From: Escherichia coli
Lineage (GTDB): Bacteria; Pseudomonadota; Gammaproteobacteria; Enterobacterales; Enterobacteriaceae
Strand: one strand, 5' to 3'
DNA: 32,000 bases
Assembly (NCBI RefSeq): GCF_047300905.1
Contig: NZ_CP178552.1
This document shows, in pieces, positions 8,745 to 18,534 of the stretch; positions within the stretch are counted from its first letter, which is position 1; every line of letters begins with the position of its first letter. A program made the translations under genes and the position numbers. Below the pieces are notes generated by a model, which saw only the letters and a program-made list of their open reading frames with translations, searched no databases and was not told the DNA's origin.

Positions 8745-8765
8745 GACTCCTGTGATCTTCCGCCA
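8745..8765 (+). other. attR core: duplicated 3' end of selC (tRNA-Sec)
   Basis: GACTCCTGTGATCTTCCGCCA matches the 3' end of E. coli selC (..GGTTCGACTCCTGTGATCTTCCGCCA). Confidence 0.9.
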
Positions 8766-8839
8766 ATTTGCCTCTTCTGACGTTCTCCAACCCCTTGTAA
8801 TACTGTCAATCCAGATATTTTCTACTGCTCAATATTCAA

Positions 8840-8975
8840 TCGGCTTCAGGAATACCTGATCAAAAGTTTTGTGATGGACGATGAGCGACTGAAGAATCCG
8901 CCTGTCGGTTCTTCTGTCCTCGAACGCATCCGCGATATTCGCGCCAGCATGCGCCGTGTTTATTTGCAGGTGATT
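8840..8975 (+). pseudogene. Remnant of a RhuM-family gene
   Basis: Frame reads RLQEYLIKSFVMDDERLKNPPVGSSVLERIRDIRASMRRVYLQV, the RhuM-family core with an apparent small internal deletion and no start or N-terminal part. Confidence 0.7.
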
Positions 8976-9403
8976 TGCCCCCCTGCTGACTCTCAGCCAA
9001 CTGTATCGCCATTAAGGTGAAGATGTTGTTTTACACGCCCCAGAACACCCTTTTTTTATACGACGATTCTATTCCTTTAACCGCTGGCGAAAAAAACTGA
9101 CCTGTAAACTTCACCAATAATCAGACTGCCATCAAGATTAATTTGTTCATTTAATATATCAAATAAATTTGTTTTATTTTTACTATCAAAAATAGCTCAT
9201 TGTCTTACTATAATTAATATATAAATTCGGTGATTAACTCTTAACATGCTTTTGCTAATAATCTCAATTGCTGGCCCTATAATATTGCGCTAGCATTGCT
9301 TTCTGGTTGTATCAGCGATACTCAAAAAATCTTAATACAATACTCATTCGACTGGTACTTATTTGTAACTCAGTTATATTTTGTCGCCCGGTGATTCAGA
9401 AGA

Positions 9404-10588
9404 ATGCAAAAAACGGCTACCACTCCATCAAAAATACTTGATCTCACTGCCGCGGCATTTTTACTTGTCGCCTTTCTGACGGGTATTGCGGGCGCTCTCC
9501 AGACTCCCACCCTAAGTATATTCCTCGCAGATGAACTGAAAGCCCGTCCTATAATGGTAGGTTTTTTCTTCACCGGTAGCGCTATTATGGGAATTCTGGT
9601 CAGTCAATTTCTGGCAAGGCACTCCGATAAACAAGGCGACCGTAAATTACTGATCCTGCTATGTTGCTTATTTGGAGTGTTGGCCTGCACTCTTTTTGCG
9701 TGGAATCGCAACTACTTCATTCTCCTCTCTACGGGCGTACTTCTGAGTAGTTTTGCTTCCACTGCAAACCCGCAAATGTTCGCCCTCGCCCGTGAACACG
9801 CCGACAGAACAGGCCGTGAGACGGTCATGTTCAGTACATTTTTACGTGCTCAGATCTCGCTTGCCTGGGTTATCGGGCCACCGCTCGCTTATGAGCTGGC
9901 AATGGGATTTAGTTTTAAAGTGATGTATCTCACCGCAGCCATCGCATTTGTTGTTTGCGGGCTGATAGTCTGGTTGTTTTTGCCATCAATACAAAGAAAT
10001 ATTCCTGTCGTTACCCAACCCGTAGAAATTTTACCCTCCATCCATAGAAAGCGGGATACACGGCTACTTTTTGTGGTCTGTTCAATGATGTGGGCGGCGA
10101 ATAATCTCTACATGATAAATATGCCGCTATTTATTATTGATGAACTGCATCTAACCGATAAACTGGCTGGAGAAATGATTGGTATTGCTGCCGGTCTGGA
10201 AATTCCGATGATGTTAATCGCAGGCTATTACATGAAACGTATTGGCAAGCGACTATTAATGCTCATTGCTATCGTGAGTGGTATGTGTTTTTACGCCAGC
10301 GTACTCATGGCGACGACTCCGGCAATTGAGCTGGAATTGCAAATTCTAAATGCCATTTTCCTTGGTATTCTCTGTGGTATCGGCATGCTTTATTTTCAGG
10401 ATCTGATGCCTGAAAAAATAGGCTCTGCGACAACGTTATATGCAAATACCTCACGCGTCGGCTGGATTATCGCCGGCTCTGTTGACGGAATTATGGTTGA
10501 AATCTGGAGCTACCACGCGTTGTTCTGGCTGGCGATAGGGATGTTGGGTATTGCGATGATTTGCCTGCTGTTTATTAAAGATATTTAG
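9404..10588 (+). CDS. setC: MFS sugar efflux transporter SetC (YicK)
   Basis: 394-aa SET-family 12-TM MFS protein; first chromosomal gene next to selC in E. coli. Confidence 0.88.
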   Translation: MQKTATTPSKILDLTAAAFLLVAFLTGIAGALQTPTLSIFLADELKARPIMVGFFFTGSAIMGILVSQFLARHSDKQGDRKLLILLCCLFGVLACTLFAWNRNYFILLSTGVLLSSFASTANPQMFALAREHADRTGRETVMFSTFLRAQISLAWVIGPPLAYELAMGFSFKVMYLTAAIAFVVCGLIVWLFLPSIQRNIPVVTQPVEILPSIHRKRDTRLLFVVCSMMWAANNLYMINMPLFIIDELHLTDKLAGEMIGIAAGLEIPMMLIAGYYMKRIGKRLLMLIAIVSGMCFYASVLMATTPAIELELQILNAIFLGILCGIGMLYFQDLMPEKIGSATTLYANTSRVGWIIAGSVDGIMVEIWSYHALFWLAIGMLGIAMICLLFIKDI

Positions 10589-10698
10589 CTCACCAGTCTG
10601 GGCTAAGAAAAATCGGCGTGGCGCAAACAGAGCCATCCTCGCCATTTTTGCTATCATGCCTGCATACATAAACGACAAAACAGTATGCAGAGGGAAAA

Positions 10699-11622
10699 AT
10701 GGGTTCCACCAGAAAGGGGATGCTGAACGTTCTGATTGCCGCCGTGTTGTGGGGAAGTTCAGGGGTCTGCGCGCAATACATCATGGAGCAAAGCCAGATG
10801 TCGTCGCAGTTTTTGACTATGACGCGTTTGATATTCGCCGGTTTGATTCTGCTGACGCTGTCATTTGTTCATGGCGATAAAATCTTTTCTATTATTAACA
10901 ATCACAAAGATGCCATTAGTCTGCTGATTTTTTCCGTGGTTGGCGCGCTAACCGTACAGCTCACTTTTTTGCTAACCATCGAAAAATCGAACGCAGCCAC
11001 GGCAACGGTGCTGCAATTCCTCTCACCGACGATTATCGTCGCCTGGTTCTCACTGGTGCGTAAATCCCGCCCGGGCATTCTGGTTTTTTGCGCTATTTTG
11101 ACATCGCTGGTCGGGACTTTTTTATTGGTGACACACGGTAATCCGACGTCATTATCGATCTCTCCTGCCGCGTTATTCTGGGGAATTGCCTCGGCATTTG
11201 CTGCGGCATTCTATACCACCTATCCCTCAACGCTGATTGCCCGCTATGGCACGTTACCGGTCGTCGGCTGGAGTATGCTCATTGGTGGTCTGATCCTGCT
11301 GCCATTTTATGCCAGACAAGGGACAAATTTTGTGGTTAATGGCAGTTTGATTCTGGCGTTTTTTTATTTGGTGGTCATTGGTACGTCCCTGACATTTAGT
11401 CTGTACCTGAAAGGAGCACAATTAATTGGCGGTCCAAAAGCCAGCATTTTAAGCTGTGCAGAACCATTAAGTAGCGCGCTGCTCTCTTTGCTGTTACTGG
11501 GGATCACATTCACATTACCGGACTGGCTGGGAACGCTGCTGATTCTGTCATCAGTGATTTTGATTTCAGTGGATTCCCGTCGCCGCGCCAGAAAAATAAA
11601 TCGTCCGGCGCGGGATGAGTGA
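10699..11622 (+). CDS. yicL: EamA/DMT-family inner membrane transporter YicL
   Basis: 307 aa, two EamA domains; synteny setC-yicL-nlpA. Confidence 0.9.
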   Translation: MGSTRKGMLNVLIAAVLWGSSGVCAQYIMEQSQMSSQFLTMTRLIFAGLILLTLSFVHGDKIFSIINNHKDAISLLIFSVVGALTVQLTFLLTIEKSNAATATVLQFLSPTIIVAWFSLVRKSRPGILVFCAILTSLVGTFLLVTHGNPTSLSISPAALFWGIASAFAAAFYTTYPSTLIARYGTLPVVGWSMLIGGLILLPFYARQGTNFVVNGSLILAFFYLVVIGTSLTFSLYLKGAQLIGGPKASILSCAEPLSSALLSLLLLGITFTLPDWLGTLLILSSVILISVDSRRRARKINRPARDE

Positions 11623-11625
11623 GAA

Positions 11626-12444
11626 TTACCAGCCAGGCACCGCGCCACCGTTAAAGATGGTTTCTGCCGCTTTAGCGACTTCGGATGATTGATAAGATTG
11701 CAGAAATTCCTTCACGTTTTCTGCATTCTTATTATCTTCCCGTGCTACCAGAATGTTCACATACGGCGAATTTTTATCTTCAATAAATACGCTGTCGTGC
11801 ACCGGAGAAAGTCCGGTCTGCTGAATGTAAGTGGTGCTGATAATCGCCACATCAACTTTGGGATCATCCAGTACGCGCGGGAGCTGCGCCCCCTCGAGTT
11901 CCATAATCTGCAAATGACGAGGATTATCGGTTATATCCAGCGCGGTAGGTAATAACCCTTTTCCCTCTTTCAGAATAATTAGCTTCTCTTTTTGCAACAG
12001 TAAAAGCGCGCGACCAAGGTTGGTCGGGTCGTTGGGGATCGCCACTGTCGCGCCTTCTTTTATTTGCGCCACGGTTTTGATTTTTTTGGAATAACCCGCC
12101 ATAGGGAAGACAAACGTATTTCCCACCGCTACCAGTTTATAACCATGCGCCTGATTATCTTGTTCAAGAAAGGGCCGATGCTGGAAGACATTCGCATCAA
12201 GCTCGCCATGATTTGTCGCATCGTTCGGTAGCAACGAACCGCTAAATCCTACCAGTTCAACATCGAGGCCATATTTCTCTTTTGCCACCTTTTTAGCGAC
12301 TTCCGCGACATCTTGTTCTGCGCCATTTATAACGCCAACTTTAATGTGTTTTGCATCGCTGCTACTCTGGTCGCAACCTGCCAGCAGAATTCCTGCCAGC
12401 AATAATGCGGCCCCCGCCCGTAGATGATGTGTTGTCAGTTTCAT
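11626..12444 (-). CDS. nlpA: Lipoprotein-28 NlpA (MetQ-family)
   Basis: 272 aa with lipobox LLAGCDQ; MetQ-like core FQHRPFLEQDNQAHGYKLVAVGNTFVFPM... Confidence 0.94.
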   Translation of the reverse strand: MKLTTHHLRAGAALLLAGILLAGCDQSSSDAKHIKVGVINGAEQDVAEVAKKVAKEKYGLDVELVGFSGSLLPNDATNHGELDANVFQHRPFLEQDNQAHGYKLVAVGNTFVFPMAGYSKKIKTVAQIKEGATVAIPNDPTNLGRALLLLQKEKLIILKEGKGLLPTALDITDNPRHLQIMELEGAQLPRVLDDPKVDVAIISTTYIQQTGLSPVHDSVFIEDKNSPYVNILVAREDNKNAENVKEFLQSYQSSEVAKAAETIFNGGAVPGW

Positions 12445-12652
12445 TTTTTATCCTTTTTTTAATCATTAACTGACTATAATGGCAAGAACACTACGATTTA
12501 AAAAACGAAAAGCTATCGAATAGAAGAAAAAGGTATAAAAAACTGGCACTTCTTACTGACCACGCAAACACCTTTCGTACAGCATGATGAGAGCGGTAAA
12601 AGCAAACTACACTTATGCTTCATTCGATGCACATTTGCAGAAGGTTGCCGCT

Positions 12653-12946
12653 ATGAAGCCAACGATGCTACTCATGATTACCGTATTCCTGACTTTTCCA
12701 GCCATTTCTCAGGCCGAGTCGCCATTCAGCTCGCTACAGTCGGCAAAAGAGAAAACCACGGTATTGCAAGATTTACGTAAAATTTGCACGCCACAGGCGT
12801 CATTATCAGACGAAGCGTGGGAAAAATTAATGTTGTCTGATGAGAGTAACAAACAACATATCCGCGAAGCTATTGTGGCGATGGAGCGTAATAATCAGAA
12901 TAACTACTGGGAAGCGCTGGGTAAGGTGGAATGCCCGGATATGTGA
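12653..12946 (+). CDS. yicS: Small secreted/periplasmic protein YicS
   Basis: 97 aa from MKPTMLLMITVFLTFPAISQAESPFSS...; signal peptide; next to nlpA. The ORF-track start at 12584 is probably too early. Confidence 0.88.
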   Translation: MKPTMLLMITVFLTFPAISQAESPFSSLQSAKEKTTVLQDLRKICTPQASLSDEAWEKLMLSDESNKQHIREAIVAMERNNQNNYWEALGKVECPDM

Positions 12947-13247
12947 ATTTCGCACACCTCCGCGCTCAGGCCAGCAGCCGCTGACTTAAGCTCGCACATC
13001 AGTAAATCACCTGCTTTTTCAAATTCCAATCAAAATTGAACCCGTTCATCAGGATTGTGGATAAATTTCCCTCTACATTATTTTCATTTCATCACATAGA
13101 AAATCTTATCTCATTGAAACAATACTTGTTTTTAATGCAGAAAACGAAGCCCAACGGATGGGCATAAAAATGAGCGAATTTTGATATCACCACCCTCTAA
13201 AAAATGGTGAAGTCTGAACAAAGAATGTTCGAAAGGAGAGAGTAGAG

Positions 13248-13745
13248 ATGGAAAGCGCAAATCTGGATTTAGAAGAAAATAAAGAAATTGCCAGTAAGTT
13301 CGAACGTGCATTAGGTATGGGAGCAACGCTTGCAGAGCTGCATGGCATAACCCCGGATACCCTTGAAGGCGTTTATGCTTACGCTTATAACTTTTATGAA
13401 AAAGGAAGACTTGACGAAGCTGAACTCTTTTTTAAATTTCTCTGTATTTATGATTTCCAAAATTATAACTATCTAAAAGGATATGCCGCCGTCTGTCAAT
13501 TGAAGAAAGATTATCAAAAGGCATTCGACATGTATCATATCTGTTTAATGCTATCTCCCGATAACGATTTCTCTTTGGTTTATTATATGGGTCAATGCCA
13601 GATGGGCTTAAAAAACATTAAAATGGCCACTGAGTTATTTAATACTGTCGTAACCTATAGTCAAAATGAAAAAATTAAAGAGATGGCTACTGCTTATCTT
13701 GAACTTTTGACAGCCAATACCGAAGAGGAAGTTCGAACAGAGTGA
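13248..13745 (+). CDS. eicA: Class II T3SS chaperone, SicA/IpgC/LcrH-like (EicA)
   Basis: 165 aa with three TPR-like repeats (GVYAYAYNFYEKGRLDEAELFFKFLCIYDFQNYNYLKGYAAVCQLKKDYQKAFDMYHICLML...), directly upstream of the translocator genes. Confidence 0.88.
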   Translation: MESANLDLEENKEIASKFERALGMGATLAELHGITPDTLEGVYAYAYNFYEKGRLDEAELFFKFLCIYDFQNYNYLKGYAAVCQLKKDYQKAFDMYHICLMLSPDNDFSLVYYMGQCQMGLKNIKMATELFNTVVTYSQNEKIKEMATAYLELLTANTEEEVRTE

Positions 13746-13754
13746 GTCGGCAAA

Positions 13755-13938
13755 ATGAACATAAACGGAAAAAACGCTTCTTTTACGTCTGAAGAGTTAG
13801 CCAGGAAATATCATGAGGAAGGCACAGTTGATTTAAAAAAATAACCATGGCGATAAAATAAATGAGAAGAATAACAATAAACACATTACTTACTTTCCCG
13901 TTGATGCCATTTTAGATGGGAATAAACATCTGCCATGA
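13755..13938 (+). pseudogene. Frame-split small ORF between eicA and eipB (about 61 aa if one A of an A7 tract is skipped)
   Basis: MNINGKNASFTSEELARKYHEEGTVDLK|K* then NNHGDKINEKNNNKHITYFPVDAILDGNKHLP*; the frames join by removing one A in GATTTAAAAAAATAACC. Confidence 0.4.
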
Positions 13939-13993
13939 GTTAAATAAAAAAGAATTAATTACACCCGATGATAGCTTAAAAAGGAGGTGAATT

Positions 13994-15775
13994 ATGTCGG
14001 CACCGATTACGGGACAAACGATCACGTTTGAACAAATCAGTGAAACATTGCGTACACAGTATAGCGATGCGGAAAAAAGACTGCAGGACAGCAGCAAAAC
14101 GCAAGTTGATCCCATGCGGCTTAATAAAAACCCGAAATCCCTTGATAACGATATTCGCGCTCGTCTTGAAAACAAACCGATGCTTGCTCCGCCTGAAATA
14201 CAGGTTTCAGATTCAGACAACGCCACTACAGCAAAGACGAATGATGCCCGCCTGACAATGATTTTGGGTAATTTAACAGGCATTGCCGATCAGGATATTA
14301 CAAAACGATTGCATAATAACCTTGACAGCACCCTGCTTCGACACGAAATGGCACATAATAAGTTTCGTGAATTAAGTGACGCTTATTCCTCGTCATTAGA
14401 TGATGCGCAAAAAGCCGACGATATCATGCATCAGGCCAATAATAATTACAATGCGGTCGATAAAAAGGTGCAATCGCTGGAGAAAAAAGTCAACACATTG
14501 AATCAAGAGCTGTCGCAACTGCAACCTGGCGATCCGCAATATAATAAAGTACTGACGCAAAAAAATGCGGCTGAAAAAACACTCACGCTGTCATTACAAA
14601 AAAAATCGTTAGCTGAGAAATCGTTAAATACAGCCATTATGGATGCTGATGCTGCGATCGGCCAAAGTATGGAAATTTTTGACGAAATTCAACAGCAAGA
14701 ACAGATTAATAACTTCACCACCAATATTTGCCTGACACAGGAAAACCAGAAAAATAGAAACGCGACAGCCACATTTATCCTTTTGATTACTTCAGTAATG
14801 GAAGTTATTGGTGATACCAATTGCGACTCTATTAAAAATCAATCTGAGGTAATGAAAGAGATTAACCATGTCAGGGAAAATAAACTCAATGAAACAGCAC
14901 GTAAATATACTACCACGACTAAAGTTTTAAAAATCGTTAATGAGTGTGTAACTGTAGTTACCTTTGCCGTAAGCGCAGTCTTAATTGTTGTTGGTCTTCT
15001 TGCTGCAGTTCCAAGTGGTGGTTCAAGTATTGCGGGTGCATTGGCACTTATTGGAGGAATAGCGGGCGCAGTAGTATTAGGTGTAGATATCACTTGTCAA
15101 ATCGCTCTGGGCACCACGGCTACCGGCTGGATTTTAGGGAAAGTTGTTGAAGGTCTTTCGGCTGCGATTAAAACAGTTGATCCCACTCTGCTCGCAATCA
15201 CCGCGCTTCTGGACGTTATTGGTGTCGATCAAGATACGATTGAACTGGTTAAAAGTATTTACGCAAGTGCAGCCGCTTCTATTGTCATGGCGACAGTAAT
15301 GATTGGTGCAGCTGTAATATGTTCTGTAGCAATAGGGGCCGTTGTTTCTGCATTATCAAAAACAGCCGCCGAAGAAGTCACCAAAGAAATAACAAGCACT
15401 ATAAAATCAACCATTGAATCCATTATTAATTCAGTTTCAAAAAATATTATAAAGGTATTAGACAGCGTATGCAGCGTGCTACAAACATCAGCCGTAGTGT
15501 TGAAGTTGATTGCCAAAATAAGTAATGGCCTGGAGAAAATAGGCTTACTCATCTGTGCAATAGCAACATCGACGATGAATTGTTTTGTTGCTGGAAACTC
15601 TGCCGACATGGCAATTTTACAACAGGACATGAGTAATCTATCAAAAACGCGTGAACAAATGCTTTCAGTATTGCAAAGGGTGGATAAAACCGTCGAACAA
15701 GAGGTAAGCCAGATGGTAAGAGTATTACAACACCGAACTGAAGCCTTAAAATTTGCTTCCCATTCTATCGTATAA
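13994..15775 (+). CDS. eipB: T3SS translocon pore protein, SipB/IpaB/SctE-like (EipB)
   Basis: 593 aa; N-terminal coiled coil, two hydrophobic segments (TFAVSAVLIVVGLLAAVPSGGSS.., SIVMATVMIGAAVICSVAIGAVV), C-terminal amphipathic region; strong Shine-Dalgarno AAGGAGGTGA. Confidence 0.9.
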   Translation: MSAPITGQTITFEQISETLRTQYSDAEKRLQDSSKTQVDPMRLNKNPKSLDNDIRARLENKPMLAPPEIQVSDSDNATTAKTNDARLTMILGNLTGIADQDITKRLHNNLDSTLLRHEMAHNKFRELSDAYSSSLDDAQKADDIMHQANNNYNAVDKKVQSLEKKVNTLNQELSQLQPGDPQYNKVLTQKNAAEKTLTLSLQKKSLAEKSLNTAIMDADAAIGQSMEIFDEIQQQEQINNFTTNICLTQENQKNRNATATFILLITSVMEVIGDTNCDSIKNQSEVMKEINHVRENKLNETARKYTTTTKVLKIVNECVTVVTFAVSAVLIVVGLLAAVPSGGSSIAGALALIGGIAGAVVLGVDITCQIALGTTATGWILGKVVEGLSAAIKTVDPTLLAITALLDVIGVDQDTIELVKSIYASAAASIVMATVMIGAAVICSVAIGAVVSALSKTAAEEVTKEITSTIKSTIESIINSVSKNIIKVLDSVCSVLQTSAVVLKLIAKISNGLEKIGLLICAIATSTMNCFVAGNSADMAILQQDMSNLSKTREQMLSVLQRVDKTVEQEVSQMVRVLQHRTEALKFASHSIV

Positions 15776-15787
15776 GAGGGTTTTAAC

Positions 15788-16939
15788 ATGGCCACCTATG
15801 AAATTAAAAATGCGACCAGCATACATAATATTAACAATCTCGATAAAACAATCTTTGATAGAGATTATGGTAAAGAAAACAACATACCAAATGATAATAA
15901 AATTGTGCAATACTATAACCTTAAAGATATTAAGCATGACATAAGCTCTCAGTTTATAATATTAAAAAATACAGACAGAGAAGTCTGTCCGGAACTAAGA
16001 GTAAAACTTTTGGATAATCTTAATTACTCAAGGAATACGCTAGATAATTTGAGGGATGACCTTGACCAAGCTACAATTTCATTCAGTCAATCAAGCAGTT
16101 CTGCAGAACAGAGTTCTATTAAAATATCTAAATATAATATCCTTGATATACTAGATAATTTGACCATGCGACAACAGGCTGTTATGGAGGAATTTTTAAG
16201 GGTATTCACATCAATGTATAAAGCCTCTGCTATGTCTGAGGCTATTATGAGCAACGTTTTTGAACAACTTGTCCAGTATCAGAAAACAGAAACCGTACAC
16301 GCCACAATGGCAAGTTCGGCAGGTGTTCTTGCCGGGTCAACAGTTGGCGCAGCTGGAGCTGCAGCATCTGTTGTAGCAAATTTCAGAAGCCATCCCGAAA
16401 AGATGCAAACCCTTACACCTGATCAGAAGCACACTATCAGTGGAACTGATGATAAAACACAGCGAGGATTAAAAAGGGAAGTTCAAGATCAACAAGCTTA
16501 TCTCAAGCAAATAGATGAAGAAATAAAAACAACAACGAAAGATACAACACTTGATGAAGAACAAAAAGAAGAGACCCTGAAATATTACGATAAAGAAAAA
16601 GAAACTACGGAAGAAAAAATTAGAGATAAAAACGAGCGTATTAGTATAAAACATAACAGGAAATATAATAAATATTTTACTATAGGTAAAGCAGATGTAC
16701 TTTCACAGCTTGTTAATCAATCAACTCAAGCATCACTTAGAATTCTAGAAAGTACTACTCATGCAGAAAAAGACATTGTTGAACAGGCTAAAAATGTCAT
16801 GCATTCAGTTATGAGTAGCTATCTGGATCAAATTAATCGTGATGTTCAAGGAAGAGATCAGGCACTCAATTTATTACAGCAAATAATACAAACCATTATT
16901 GATACTGATAGTGCTATTGTTCAAGGAATTCGCTCATAA
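15788..16939 (+). CDS. eipC: T3SS translocator protein, SipC/IpaC-like (EipC)
   Basis: 383 aa, 12 bp after eipB; central hydrophobic MASSAGVLAGSTVGAAGAAASVVANF and long coiled coil; order B-C-D matches sip/ipa. Confidence 0.82.
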   Translation: MATYEIKNATSIHNINNLDKTIFDRDYGKENNIPNDNKIVQYYNLKDIKHDISSQFIILKNTDREVCPELRVKLLDNLNYSRNTLDNLRDDLDQATISFSQSSSSAEQSSIKISKYNILDILDNLTMRQQAVMEEFLRVFTSMYKASAMSEAIMSNVFEQLVQYQKTETVHATMASSAGVLAGSTVGAAGAAASVVANFRSHPEKMQTLTPDQKHTISGTDDKTQRGLKREVQDQQAYLKQIDEEIKTTTKDTTLDEEQKEETLKYYDKEKETTEEKIRDKNERISIKHNRKYNKYFTIGKADVLSQLVNQSTQASLRILESTTHAEKDIVEQAKNVMHSVMSSYLDQINRDVQGRDQALNLLQQIIQTIIDTDSAIVQGIRS

Positions 16940-16982
16940 ATTATTGCAATAATAGTTTCTTATATTTAAGGAGGAATGACAC

Positions 16983-18332
16983 ATGATTAATAAAGATAAT
17001 AATTTAAATATAGATATTCTACGTCAGCAGAATGCAAACATTCCTCTTCAAGAGGCATCCTCGCAAAGTGAGGAGCCTCATCAACTGGAAAACAGCAAAA
17101 GCGAGGGTAATTTGCATAACAGCGCCAGTAAGGATAATAATATTGGCGCTATGCTCAAGAAAGATGTTGAAAAACTATCAACTTTAGTCAGTGAACGTAG
17201 CCCGCGAAATGAAGACTGGAAATGCCAGCATGACATACAGCTTAACTTCGTTAAAAACATGCTCAGAAATTTCCCAACTGAGAACCTGTCAGAGAAAGGA
17301 TCTGCGCTCTTACACGAAAGTTATTCGCTGATAAAAAACGTTCTGCAGCTTACAGAAAATGTTAATACTATTGACGGAAAATTAAAGGATCCCGCTAAAA
17401 TATTGACCTTGCATAACTCTGTGAGAAAAACCCTGGCTAACGTTGCTCACAACACAACCGGGTCAAGTGCAATGGCATCGACCAAAGGTACCTTAAATCA
17501 CGCTATCGCTTCTTTAGAGAGTTCTGCGCCTGAAATGAGAAGTTCAGCAACCAGCAGTACTTTAACGGCCAGTAGTTCAAACGAATTTAAAAGTGATAAA
17601 TATATATGCAGTGATATTGCTGATTTGATGAGTGTGCTCGGTAGCGACTACCTCGAAATCTATGCAAATAGCGTTGAGATAATGAGCGCATACTGGCAGG
17701 ACTTCAGTGAACATATCCAAAGCAATATGGGAAAATGGACTCACTCTAATAAAAAAGGCGATGCGATAGTTTTTGACGTCAATGCATTCCAAAAAGCCTT
17801 GATGCATTTTTATTATATCGATAAATATCCTAATGGTGATTTCCACTATCATTACAATCCAGACTATGTTTTATACCCTCCGGCACCTGCTGACAAAATT
17901 GGTGTACCACTAGAAGAAGCAGAAAAATGGTGCGCCGCTTTAGGACTTCCGGTAATTCCACCCGATCCCAAACACCGCACACCTTCTCCGATTGTCGAAG
18001 TTGAACCGCAAGGTAGCGGTCTGTATGTTATTATTCCCAACCCTCAGATTATTGACAGTATGAGTCAGTCTTCAGACTCAATGGTGCATAGGGACGATAA
18101 AGGGAAGGAAAAAAATATATCTAAAGAATTCACCGGTTATGAAATAAGCACAGCTGAATACCAGGCATGGCTGGCGGGTTATAACGGCCAGGCAGAAAAC
18201 ATGAAAACCGACGTGCAGGTTATCACGACTAAATACAGTACAGCCAACTCCACCTACGATACAATTATCAAATTATTATCTTCAACCATTACTGCGTTGT
18301 TTGATTCAGCGAAAGATTATTTACGTTTCTGA
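16983..18332 (+). CDS. eipD: T3SS needle-tip protein, SipD/IpaD-like (EipD)
   Basis: 449 aa; IpaD-type segments SAYWQDFSEHIQSNMGKWT..., FDVNAFQKAL.., and hydrophilic C-terminus STITALFDSAKDYLRF. Confidence 0.85.
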   Translation: MINKDNNLNIDILRQQNANIPLQEASSQSEEPHQLENSKSEGNLHNSASKDNNIGAMLKKDVEKLSTLVSERSPRNEDWKCQHDIQLNFVKNMLRNFPTENLSEKGSALLHESYSLIKNVLQLTENVNTIDGKLKDPAKILTLHNSVRKTLANVAHNTTGSSAMASTKGTLNHAIASLESSAPEMRSSATSSTLTASSSNEFKSDKYICSDIADLMSVLGSDYLEIYANSVEIMSAYWQDFSEHIQSNMGKWTHSNKKGDAIVFDVNAFQKALMHFYYIDKYPNGDFHYHYNPDYVLYPPAPADKIGVPLEEAEKWCAALGLPVIPPDPKHRTPSPIVEVEPQGSGLYVIIPNPQIIDSMSQSSDSMVHRDDKGKEKNISKEFTGYEISTAEYQAWLAGYNGQAENMKTDVQVITTKYSTANSTYDTIIKLLSSTITALFDSAKDYLRF

Positions 18333-18363
18333 TTAAGTAACACCCACAATTATCGCCTACTAT

Positions 18364-18386
18364 CTGGTCCCGAAAAATGGGACCAG
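18364..18386. terminator. Candidate terminator hairpin after the eip operon (weak T tract)
   Basis: CTGGTCCC-GAAAAAT-GGGACCAG, 8-bp perfect stem, 32 bp after the eipD stop. Confidence 0.5.
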
Positions 18387-18534
18387 CGTTTCATATTATT
18401 AAGCATCAGCTTTCATTCATTTCTTCATCACAATCTTACAAAATGAGCGTTTTTTGATAGAGCAATTCTGCCAATACTTTATTTTATATTAATCAAATTA
18501 ATACTATGAATAGAGAAAACGGAAGGAGCGTTCT

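Larger units (their letters stand above)
1..8765. mobile_element. P4-like satellite prophage, right-hand portion (left end with int/psu/delta outside the window), integrated at selC
   Basis: Gene order sid(-)/vis/CI RNA/kil/eta/orf151/cnr/alpha/crr is that of phage P4. Ends at a selC 3'-end copy (attR) at 8745-8765. Confidence 0.93.

Noticed and set aside
1-8765. Novel anti-phage defence cassette within the P4-like element
   Set aside because: All genes in this part are P4 core genes plus one IS; the usual cargo site between psu and int is outside the window.
8766-9400. A second selC-derived att site that would delimit another island
   Set aside because: No further copy of TCCTGTGATCTTCCGCCA seen by eye between 8766 and 9400.
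13132-13326. 64-aa minus-strand ORF upstream of eicA
   Set aside because: Overlaps the eicA promoter and start; no recognisable family, no supporting signals.
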